64,000 bases of DNA from Candidatus Vogelbacteria bacterium RIFOXYD1_FULL_44_32 (GTDB taxonomy: Bacteria; Patescibacteriota; Minisyncoccia; Phycocordibacterales; XYD1-FULL-46-19). Shown in pieces: positions 45,302-53,004 of the stretch (positions are counted from its first letter, which is position 1; the number at the start of each line of letters is the position of its first letter). The notes below the pieces were generated by a model, which saw only the letters and a program-made list of their open reading frames with translations, ran no database searches and had not been told where the DNA came from. Position numbers and translations under genes: made by a program. The stretch is taken from NCBI GenBank assembly GCA_001823065.1, contig MHTJ01000003.1, positions 253,283 to 317,282 of the forward strand, read 5' to 3'.

Positions 45302-47011
45302 TTAGCGGTCCGGGGGGATTTCGTAATAGTTTAGCAGAAATTCTGCTGTTTCCATAAAGGGCCGAGATAAGCTATCGGAAGAAAACTGAACGCCTTTGGG
45401 ATTAATAATATAGACAAAGGTGATAAACCGAGGCTTGTAAGCCGGGTAATAACCGAAAAAGGAGTGGAGATACTGGTCCTCTAAATAACGACCCTTACCA
45501 TCAGACATCTGGGCCGTACCAGTTTTGGCGGCCACCGTCCAGTTGGCCAGCTTGAGTGAGCCCCCGAGGAGAGCCGTGTCCACCGCCTCAATCAACATCT
45601 CTGTCACGGCTTCGGTGGTCTCACGCTTTAAAACTGGTTTAGTATTAATGTCCGGTTTAATAGTTTTTACTGTCCCCACCGCGTAGCGGATTTCCTTGAC
45701 TACGTGGGGACGGACCATTTTCCCCCCATTGGCCAAAACGGCAAATGCTCGGGTAATACCAATGGGTGTGAGCGCAATCCCCTGACCAAAGGCCGCAGTC
45801 GCGTATTCAATATCCCGCGGGCTGCGTAAATTACTAATGAGACCCGCCACTTCACCCGGTAAATCGATACCCGTTTTTTCACCTAGCCCATAAGACAGCA
45901 TATAGCGGCGAAAACTATCCTTACCTAGCTTTTGCATAATAAACACCGCCCCCGTATTGAGCGAATTATTTATTACTTCTTGCATATTCACCACTCCCAT
46001 CGCTTTTTGGTCATGATTCATAATCGTGCGGTTGTTGAGAACAACCGAACCAGTATCATTGTAGGTGGTAGCCGGATTGACTACCCCCTTATCAATCCCC
46101 GCTGCCAAGGTGAGTGGCTTCACCACACTACCCATCTCAAACACCCTTTCCACGAGGGGGTTGGGTAAAGCGATAATATCTTTTTGTCTTTCCCCAGGAT
46201 TAAAATTGGGCAAAGCCACCATAGCGATTATTTCTCCGGTATGTGGGTCCATCACAACAGCACCTCCAGCATCGGCCTTATATTTGGTCACCGTCTCGGC
46301 CAACATTTTTTCAATCTGATTTTGAACGACAGGCTCAATTGTGAGTACAATATCACCCTCGCCACCCACCGCATCGGTGGACACTGCACTTTTGGCATTT
46401 AAAAATATCTCGGCAAAAAAGCTAGCAAATGAGCCACTACCGCGATGAGTCAGAACATTATTATATTCCCGTTCTAAGCCATAAAGACCAGTATATTCGT
46501 CGTCGCGATAGCCCATAAAGCCCAGTACATGCGAGGCCGTCCGCCCCACTGGGTAATAACGTTTTTTTTCCTTAAAAACGGAAATCCCTTTTATATTTAA
46601 GTTCTGAATTTTTTCGGCTTCGGTAGCTGTTAGTCCACTTTTTATTTCGACATATACTTTTTTCTTATTACCAACCTGAGCTAAAAACTCATCCTTATCT
46701 AGACCGGACAAAATTGGCAGCAAGAGTTTAGCCACTTCATCTGGTTTGGCAATATGTTGGGGATTAGCGGTTAGTAAAAATTCTTGTTTGAGTGACGCGG
46801 CCGGTACCACATTACCGTTTTTACCAGTAAAATAAATTGACCCCCGATCAAAAAAAGTGCGGGCCGAACGCAAATATTGGCGATCGGCCTGGTCATTGTA
46901 TTCCGAGCCCTTAACAATTTGTAAATAAAAAAGTCGGACCGCAAATATGGCCACCACTAAAAAAATTGCTCCACCAATCAACCGTAGGCGCCAAACCGAC
47001 CTAGATTTCAT
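45302..47011 (-). CDS. ftsI: peptidoglycan D,D-transpeptidase FtsI (class B PBP)
   Basis: 569 aa. N-terminal TM helix, SxxK (GSVVKPLT) and KTG (AAKTGTAQ). Confidence 0.9.
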   Translation of the reverse strand: MKSRSVWRLRLIGGAIFLVVAIFAVRLFYLQIVKGSEYNDQADRQYLRSARTFFDRGSIYFTGKNGNVVPAASLKQEFLLTANPQHIAKPDEVAKLLLPILSGLDKDEFLAQVGNKKKVYVEIKSGLTATEAEKIQNLNIKGISVFKEKKRYYPVGRTASHVLGFMGYRDDEYTGLYGLEREYNNVLTHRGSGSFASFFAEIFLNAKSAVSTDAVGGEGDIVLTIEPVVQNQIEKMLAETVTKYKADAGGAVVMDPHTGEIIAMVALPNFNPGERQKDIIALPNPLVERVFEMGSVVKPLTLAAGIDKGVVNPATTYNDTGSVVLNNRTIMNHDQKAMGVVNMQEVINNSLNTGAVFIMQKLGKDSFRRYMLSYGLGEKTGIDLPGEVAGLISNLRSPRDIEYATAAFGQGIALTPIGITRAFAVLANGGKMVRPHVVKEIRYAVGTVKTIKPDINTKPVLKRETTEAVTEMLIEAVDTALLGGSLKLANWTVAAKTGTAQMSDGKGRYLEDQYLHSFFGYYPAYKPRFITFVYIINPKGVQFSSDSLSRPFMETAEFLLNYYEIPPDR

Positions 47012-47321
47012 TATTAGAGGTAAAAGCCACGGTTGGTTTGGCTACTACCGCCACTGTCAGCCCAGCTGGAGCATCGACAAAACCCCGCTCGCGGGCCAGC
47101 TCCATCGTCACCTTCTGCGACAGGTCCATATACTGCGAAACCAAACCGGTAATTTCGGTTTCGGTCAGTGAAATCATTTCCTCGGCTTCTTTTCTGACAA
47201 CCACATTATAAATAGAATTATTAACCAAATAAATATAGACGAAGGCCTCGAGTAAAAGCACCGCACCAAAAACCAAAATAATTTTCTGTTCAAAATTTCT
47301 GAGGGCAAGAGACCTAGTCAT
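47001..47321 (-). CDS. ftsL: cell division protein FtsL-like (small bitopic protein)
   Basis: 106 aa with a single TM helix. Position between rsmH and ftsI. Confidence 0.6.
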   Translation of the reverse strand: MTRSLALRNFEQKIILVFGAVLLLEAFVYIYLVNNSIYNVVVRKEAEEMISLTETEITGLVSQYMDLSQKVTMELARERGFVDAPAGLTVAVVAKPTVAFTSNNEI

Positions 47322-47338
47322 CGCTATATATTTAATTA

Positions 47339-48241
47339 TTAATTTTTACTTATTACTCGAAGCTCGGCACTACGACTGCGGGGATTTGCTTTGACCTCGT
47401 CCCGAGTTGGCTTGATCGCATGTTTATTGATTAAAGTACCAATGCCTGCCTGTTTTTTACTCACAAAAAACTTTTTTACTATCCGTGCCTCTAAACTATG
47501 AAATGAAATGACGGCCAATCGACCAGAGACAGACAGGAGATCCCAAGCACCGGCCAATCCATCTTCTAAGGCCCCTAGTTCATCGTTGACGGCAATCCGT
47601 AATGCTTGAAAGGTTTTGGTGGCCGGATGAATTTTACGTTTGGTATACCAAACCGGTACTGCCCCTTCAATAATCTGCGTCAGGCGACCAGTGGTCGTGA
47701 TTGGCCCTCCGTCCGACCGGGCTTTGACGATGGCGTCGGCAATTTGACGAGAAAAACTTTCTTCACCGTAGCCATAAATGATCCCCGCCAACGCTTCGCT
47801 TCCTAAAGTATTGACCAAATCAGCTGCGGTCAGATTTTTTTTATCTGGGCTATCATCTAGAGTCATCAGTAGAGGTTCATCACGGCGGAAAGAAAACCCA
47901 CGCCCCGACAAATCCAATTGGCTAGAATTGACCCCCAAATCAAGCAGGATAGCGTTCGCACTTTCAATCTCGAGATCACGACACAAGCTTTTCAGCTGGC
48001 GAAAATTGCCTTTAACCAACAACTGTCGACATGGCTGGTTGGCTAGATTTTTTTCCGCTTGGTGCAAAGCCGTCGCATCGGCATCGATACCCACTAGCGT
48101 TCCGGTCGGACCGATTTCGTCACAAATTTTGGTCGCGTGCCCCCCAAAACCAAGCGTGCCATCGACTACGGTCGAGCCGATTGTCAAATTCAAATTTGCT
48201 ATAACTTCATTTAAAAGAACAGGCGTGTGGAGCTTTTCCAT
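47339..48241 (-). CDS. rsmH: 16S rRNA (cytosine1402-N4)-methyltransferase RsmH (MraW)
   Basis: 300 aa. HTPVLLNEV...VDGTLGFGGHA SAM-binding signature. Confidence 0.93.
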   Translation of the reverse strand: MEKLHTPVLLNEVIANLNLTIGSTVVDGTLGFGGHATKICDEIGPTGTLVGIDADATALHQAEKNLANQPCRQLLVKGNFRQLKSLCRDLEIESANAILLDLGVNSSQLDLSGRGFSFRRDEPLLMTLDDSPDKKNLTAADLVNTLGSEALAGIIYGYGEESFSRQIADAIVKARSDGGPITTTGRLTQIIEGAVPVWYTKRKIHPATKTFQALRIAVNDELGALEDGLAGAWDLLSVSGRLAVISFHSLEARIVKKFFVSKKQAGIGTLINKHAIKPTRDEVKANPRSRSAELRVISKN

Positions 48242-48244
48242 ATT

Positions 48245-48679
48245 TTAGATGGCTCCAATCTCACCCAATTTTTCGGCCAACATATCGGCCTGTTTTTTGA
48301 TCCGGCCGGTATACTCTTTCCACCGGTCCTCATCCCAAATTTCGAGCCGAGAGTGAATACCCGCGACAACCACCTTGGTGGAGAGTCCTGCAAACTCTCG
48401 CTGGAAGTCGGGTATGAGAATACGTCCCATGGCATCAACGTCTGTCTCCACTGCGCCTCCAAGTATAAAACGATTGAAGTCGCGAGTACTCGCCTGGCCG
48501 AAGGAGAGAGCAGCGAGCCCTTGCGCTACTTCTCCCCACTCCTTTAGGGGATAAACAAAAAGACAGTTATCGAGTCCATAAGTGACTACCACCTTTTTGC
48601 CTAACTCCTGCCTAAACTTTGCGGGTAAAGATAACCGATTTTTGGCATCAATTGTGTGTCGGTGTTCGCCAATTAGCAT
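48245..48679 (-). CDS. mraZ: transcriptional regulator MraZ
   Basis: 144 aa. Duplicated MraZ domain with the DAKNRLSLP motif. Confidence 0.92.
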   Translation of the reverse strand: MLIGEHRHTIDAKNRLSLPAKFRQELGKKVVVTYGLDNCLFVYPLKEWGEVAQGLAALSFGQASTRDFNRFILGGAVETDVDAMGRILIPDFQREFAGLSTKVVVAGIHSRLEIWDEDRWKEYTGRIKKQADMLAEKLGEIGAI

Positions 48680-48701
48680 GATAGTTTTCGGTTAATTATT
48701 A

Positions 48702-48748
48702 CCCCACTTCTTCCCACTACATAGATAGTATATCCCACCTCCCGCCAC
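48702..48748 (-). promoter_or_regulatory. MraZ-box-like direct repeats (GTGGG-N5-GTGGG plus additional GTGGG/GTGGCGGG copies) in the mraZ promoter region
   Basis: Minus-strand reading GTAGTGGGAAGAAGTGGGG, and upstream GGAGGTGGGAT. A TATACTAT -10-like element lies between them. Confidence 0.5.
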
Positions 48749-48775
48749 TTTACCAAATCAAGTTATCCACATCCG

Positions 48776-48841
48776 GTAGTGAATTTTGACCTCGCTGGAC
48801 TGTGAATTCAGCGCGCTAAGCGCAAGGTCAAAATTCACTAC
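48776..48841. repeat. 17-bp perfect inverted repeat (GTAGTGAATTTTGACCT / AGGTCAAAATTCACTAC) with a 32-nt spacer containing the GCGCGCTAAGCGC palindrome
   Basis: Read directly. Located about 100-160 bp upstream of mraZ. Confidence 0.8.
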
Positions 48842-48911
48842 TGGATTCACATAAAATAGGTCAAAAAAAGAAAACCGCCCCCAACAGTTTTCTTGTCGGA
48901 AGACGGCTAGA

Positions 48912-49547
48912 CTAAACCCACGCTCGCATTGCCCCAATTAGTTCCTCCGGATGTGTGACGACCGGAAAATTATATCGTGACAATTGAGAGTGGGTCGAAA
49001 AACCACTGGTTATTGCCACCACCTTGGTGAGACCAGCTAAAACTGCTTCATCCAAATCACGCTCCATGTCTGTGATGAAAGCAATCTGGTCAAGAGGTAT
49101 TTGGAAGCGCTCGGCCAACTCGGTAAACACTGCCGATTTCTTTTCCCCACCATGAATTTCAGCGAAAAAATCACGCAACCCAGCATGGTAGGAAATTTTC
49201 GCCTCTGTCACCTCAACACTACACGCACTAGCAAGATGGATAAGCACACCATACTGCTGGAGCAAAGATAAGATCGAGCGAATTCCCGGTCTTTCTTTAT
49301 AGCGCCAGGCTTGAGCAAATAACTCGTGGATATACCCATCAAAAGCCCCTAAATCCTCTTCGAGAACACCTTGGTTAAGGAGAAAATCCCGATGAGAACC
49401 GAGGGTATTTTTTTGGTACCAATCATACCCAATTACTTGCCCACGAAAGTTAAGGAAACCCTCGTTAAGGGCATCGACAACGCCAAAATGGGAATCAAGA
49501 ATGACCCCATCAACATCAAAGACGGCAAGTGCTATTTCCCCAGACAC
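48912..49547 (-). CDS. HAD-superfamily hydrolase (phosphatase)
   Basis: 211 aa. Motif I AVFDVDGVILDS and a later motif IV-like DMERD region. Confidence 0.75.
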   Translation of the reverse strand: MSGEIALAVFDVDGVILDSHFGVVDALNEGFLNFRGQVIGYDWYQKNTLGSHRDFLLNQGVLEEDLGAFDGYIHELFAQAWRYKERPGIRSILSLLQQYGVLIHLASACSVEVTEAKISYHAGLRDFFAEIHGGEKKSAVFTELAERFQIPLDQIAFITDMERDLDEAVLAGLTKVVAITSGFSTHSQLSRYNFPVVTHPEELIGAMRAWV

Positions 49548-49651
49548 TGTAAATCACCTCCTTTCAGTTTTTCTATTTAAATTACTACAACAAAAAAATA
49601 CTCACGTCAAGAGTTTTTAATTGGGAACTATATACTTAATTACCCTAGGGA

Positions 49652-49840
49652 TTAATATGACCTATCAGGGCTACCAACAACTTCTCTGGCATCCAGGTAC
49701 TGATTACATTCATATTCAGAAAAACCATAACAAGTTCCTCCTTCGTCATATAAACCAGGTTCTTGGCGAATAAACATTCCATAGATTACGGCTCCAATTA
49801 AAAGCGCTAGCGCTAATAAAAGTCCTAATCCGTCTTTCAT
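49652..49840 (-). CDS. IS passenger: 62-aa membrane peptide with a Cys-containing tail (GGTCYGFSEYECNQY)
   Basis: Its ATG overlaps the stop of the upstream 45-aa ORF (ATGA), and its stop lies next to the left IR. Confidence 0.45.
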   Translation of the reverse strand: MKDGLGLLLALALLIGAVIYGMFIRQEPGLYDEGGTCYGFSEYECNQYLDAREVVGSPDRSY

Positions 49841-49974
49841 TTTTTCTTGGACTTAACTTTTAATGTTTTCTTATCCTTATACCCAGAACCAGCAATAGCC
49901 CCTAAGACTTGGTCAAAGGAGGCTGGTACTGGTTCGTGTTTCTTTGGTTTTCGTCCCCTAGTTTCTTTTTTCAT
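49837..49974 (-). CDS. IS passenger: 45-aa highly basic peptide
   Basis: MKKETRGRKPKKHEPVPASFDQVLGAIAGSGYKDKKTLKVKSKKK. Overlaps the end of the 170-aa ORF and is coupled to the next ORF by ATGA. Below the ORF-track cutoff. Confidence 0.4.
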   Translation of the reverse strand: MKKETRGRKPKKHEPVPASFDQVLGAIAGSGYKDKKTLKVKSKKK

Positions 49975-50470
49975 CAGGTTTATCTAAGTCTTCTGGCTTA
50001 AAGTTGTATTTCTCTAATAAAATATCTCTGAAATAAATACCCCCTATCCTACGCATTGTTTCAATACTCCAACCATACAAGAAAGAACTTTGCTTTATTT
50101 TTTCGTTGAAATCTCCAAAATCCACAGAGTCGAATAATTTAAAAGCACATTCTTGAATGTTGTATTGATTTTGTATATCATTTTTTGTCTCACATTCCAT
50201 AAGTAGTTTTCCTTTATTTTTGTCTATCCAGTCTTTTAGTCCACTTTCTTCTAATGCTTTAATCCCAGTTGGTTTTAATGCAATGGGAGAAGCGTTAGCA
50301 AAAGCATCATTCATTCTTCCTTCAAGTTTTGTAATACTTTCTTTAATCCAAGTTATCGAAGTTTCTATAGCAGAAAAACGACTGCCTGATTTCCACGCAA
50401 TAACAATGAGAGCACCCATTATGCCCAAAAAATAAATCCAGTCTATTTGTATTACAAGAGGCTCAGTCAT
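49958..50470 (-). CDS. IS passenger: 170-aa protein with an N-terminal TM helix, no recognisable family
   Basis: Lies 20 nt downstream of the transposase stop on the same strand. Confidence 0.55.
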   Translation of the reverse strand: MTEPLVIQIDWIYFLGIMGALIVIAWKSGSRFSAIETSITWIKESITKLEGRMNDAFANASPIALKPTGIKALEESGLKDWIDKNKGKLLMECETKNDIQNQYNIQECAFKLFDSVDFGDFNEKIKQSSFLYGWSIETMRRIGGIYFRDILLEKYNFKPEDLDKPDEKRN

Positions 50471-50490
50471 AAATATATTATAACAGATAA

Positions 50491-51375
50491 CTAAGCAGTT
50501 AATTGTTTATATAATAATTTATCACTTTTTGCAATTTTTAGTGTCACTAGGTCGAATTTCTCGGCTAGACTATCTTGACGGTTATTGAAGCGAAAGGTTA
50601 TTTCATCAATGTAGCGCTGTAAGTGCTTTTTACTCATTGAGTGATAGGTACCGTGATAATTACGCTTAAACAAAGCCCAGAAGCTCTCGATTGAGTTGGT
50701 GTGGACATTGCCACGGACATACTGCTTGCGACTGTGTTTAATTGAATCGTGCTTAAAGCCAATCCGAACTAGTTTACGATAAACACCAGCGTCATCGGTC
50801 ATTAGATAGGCTTTAGGATTAACATTTTTTGTTACCGCATTAAGAACGGTGTGTGTCTGACGGTCTGGGATTTGGAAAGCTCGAAGTTTACCGCCTCGCT
50901 CTGTCATTCCCATAACAGCCGACTTTTTTGAGAAGCCGTGTTTGCGATTATGCTTTCCACCTAGATAGGTTTCGTCAATTTCTACAGTACCAATCAGTTT
51001 ACCTTTATTTTGCTTTAGAGCTTCACGAATACGCATATCCATAAACCAAGCGGTCTTTTGGGTTACGCCGACTTGCTCGGATAAGTAAATTGAAGAAACT
51101 CCCTTTTTAGAAGTTGTCAGAAGATAAATGGCAATAAACCATTTTTGCATCGGGATTTTGCTTTCACCAAAGAGGGTGCCTGTCTTAACAGTGAAGTCTC
51201 GTTTACAGCTATCACAACGAAAGCGTTTACCGTCTTTGAAACGGAAAATCTTATTGTGCTTACAGTGAGGGCAATAGTCCCCACCAGCAAAGCGCACATC
51301 CTCAAAGTGCTTTCGACAGACTTCCTCGTTGTGGAAGTGGGATATAAATTCGGCTAAGGTCTTAAAGTTTGTCAT
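50491..51375 (-). CDS. IS1595-family (ISXO2-like) DDE transposase
   Basis: 294 aa. N-terminal zinc ribbon CPHCKHNKIFRF...FRCDSCKRDF, then IPMQKWFIAIYLLTTSKKGVSSIYLSEQVGVTQKTAWFMDMRIREA and the DDE core (TVEIDETYLGGK...). Confidence 0.92.
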   Translation of the reverse strand: MTNFKTLAEFISHFHNEEVCRKHFEDVRFAGGDYCPHCKHNKIFRFKDGKRFRCDSCKRDFTVKTGTLFGESKIPMQKWFIAIYLLTTSKKGVSSIYLSEQVGVTQKTAWFMDMRIREALKQNKGKLIGTVEIDETYLGGKHNRKHGFSKKSAVMGMTERGGKLRAFQIPDRQTHTVLNAVTKNVNPKAYLMTDDAGVYRKLVRIGFKHDSIKHSRKQYVRGNVHTNSIESFWALFKRNYHGTYHSMSKKHLQRYIDEITFRFNNRQDSLAEKFDLVTLKIAKSDKLLYKQLTA

Positions 51376-51814
51376 ATTTATAGCTTATACCTATTCGATA
51401 GGGTTGTCAAGTTCCTTAAATAAATAGGGGTAGGTTGACAGCTTTTCTAGATTTGGTATTATTTACGGTAGCCTTTCACAATAAGTGGGACTGGTACTCC
51501 CCAATAAGAAGCAAACCAAAGACAGAAACCTGTCTCAAGTGTGGCGTGGGTATCTAAAAGTACCATACGCCTAGTGCGTATTCCCGAAAGGGTTTGCTCA
51601 CCTACGTCACACTTGGAACGGGTTTTTTCTGTAAACGAAAACACCCCCGTGAGGGGGCGGTAAGGTGACTGGAAGCCGGAAACTATCAAAATGGGGATAA
51701 GGGAGAGACAGACTCCCAAAACTTGTACAAGGTCCCAAGTCCTACTGCAGTAGGGCGAACTAAAGCTTCGAAGCGTGTCACTTTAATTCCTCCTCCTTGG
51801 GGGTGTTTTTGTAA

Positions 51815-51900
51815 GCGCCGATGACGAAAATGGTATCCGTCCTCGTTCTGTAAACGAGGGTTCCTCCCAGAACTTACGGGTTCGAATCCCGTTCGACGCA
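51815..51900 (+). tRNA. class II tRNA-like element (long variable arm), possibly a pseudo-tRNA, inside the IS
   Basis: Canonical T-arm ACGGG-TTCGAAT-CCCGT. Acceptor GCGCCGA/TCGACGC has one C-A mismatch. 3-bp D-stem with an 11-nt D-loop as in tRNA-Leu/Ser/Tyr. 17-nt variable arm. The anticodon loop TCTGTAA has C at position 33, so identity is unclear. Confidence 0.3.
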
Positions 51901-52085
51901 CAGAGTATTGACGAAAAGCGTCATCTGTATCCTAGCAGGATATGGGGACTTTGTCAATATTCAAAGTATAACACTTGGGGAGTTGTCCACGCCAACATTT
52001 TTATCAATTTTTCTGTTGATAAGGTGTACAGGGGCTATAATGGCAGCTTTTTATTATGGTAGGCGTAGTATGTTATAGTTAAGAA

Positions 52086-52244
52086 ATGACAATTATACCC
52101 TATATTATATTGGCAGTTTTGCTTTTTGGTTTGTTTAATGCCTACAGAGATTTTAAGAGTCAAATCGGATGGCTACATAGAAGGTTGGAGAAATTGGAGA
52201 AGAAAGTTGGTATTAGTGAGAAGGAAACTCAAGATTTACTCTAG
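52086..52244 (+). CDS. IS-internal small membrane peptide (52 aa)
   Basis: MTIIPYIILAVLLFGLFNAY... N-terminal TM helix and a charged C-terminus. Confidence 0.35.
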   Translation: MTIIPYIILAVLLFGLFNAYRDFKSQIGWLHRRLEKLEKKVGISEKETQDLL

Positions 52245-52293
52245 GGTAACGGATATAAATTTTAGAAAACATTAAAAGGTATAAAAATAAAAA

Positions 52294-52458
52294 ATGACAT
52301 TAATAATTATATTAGCTTTGGCTGTAATAATCTTTGGCCTTTTTGTTATAAGTAAGCAGTTAGGTGATACTTATAAATTACTTGACGGAAAGTTTAATAA
52401 TAATAAAGACGAGTCAGAAATTGTTGGTAAAAAGCATAAAATTGATTTAGAAGCCTAG
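52294..52458 (+). CDS. IS-internal small membrane peptide (54 aa), paralogous in architecture to 52086-52244
   Basis: MTLIIILALAVIIFGLFVIS... Its stop lies inside the right terminal repeat. Confidence 0.35.
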   Translation: MTLIIILALAVIIFGLFVISKQLGDTYKLLDGKFNNNKDESEIVGKKHKIDLEA

Positions 52459-52595
52459 GGTAATTAAGTATATAGTTCCCTTTTAATTTGTATTTTTCCC
52501 AACTTAGAGAGCTTCCTTCCTTTCCGACCACTGTAAAGGGATAGTAAAAATCAAGGGGTGAATAAACAGGCCGGTGGTCAATGATATTTTTTCTA

Positions 52596-52991
52596 CTAAT
52601 ATTTAGCCACCTTAGATTTTAGGTTAAACTGAAATATTATCTCAAATAAAGATAAAGCTATGGGCAGAATAATGTATGGCATCCATAATATATAATATAC
52701 AAAATCAGTTAAAAGTAGATAAATAAGCCAAATTAAATCAATAATAAATAAAATGTTCAATAAATAAGGCACTAGAGCGATATTTAATTTTTTAAAAATA
52801 CATATTGATATGTAAATTCTATTTGCAAACAAAAGAATAAAAACACCTACCCACAAGAAAAAGCGTAGTGGTACCGAATTTATATTAGCAAAACTACTAA
52901 TAAATAAAAATAAAAAAGAAAAATATAAAAAAATGACAAAATAAGCAAGATTAGAAATTATAAGATAATCTTTATTTATTATATTTATCAT
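52596..52991 (-). CDS. hypothetical polytopic membrane protein in an extremely AT-rich (about 22% GC) block
   Basis: 131 aa, very hydrophobic (Ile/Leu/Phe-rich). Lies between the IS and lysS. Confidence 0.4.
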   Translation of the reverse strand: MINIINKDYLIISNLAYFVIFLYFSFLFLFISSFANINSVPLRFFLWVGVFILLFANRIYISICIFKKLNIALVPYLLNILFIIDLIWLIYLLLTDFVYYILWMPYIILPIALSLFEIIFQFNLKSKVAKY

Positions 52992-53004
52992 AAAAATTTA
53001 TTTT

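Larger units (their letters stand above)
49623..52480 (-). mobile_element. IS1595-family insertion sequence with passenger genes (2858 bp). 27/28-bp terminal inverted repeats GGGAACTATATACTTAATTACCCTAGG(G/C); 8-bp target-site duplication TTTTAATT (49615-49622 and 52481-52488)
   Basis: IRs and direct repeats read from the sequence. An 8-bp TSD is the IS1595-family hallmark. The internal transposase has the IS1595 zinc-ribbon + DDE architecture. Confidence 0.85.

Noticed and set aside
51459-51901. ORF-track entries 51459-51719 (-) and 51686-51901 (-) inside the IS
   Set aside because: They are antisense to and overlap the tRNA-like element (translation MRRTGFEPV... is the reverse-complement reading of a T-arm, a classic artefact) and a GC-hairpin region. 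Treated as non-coding.
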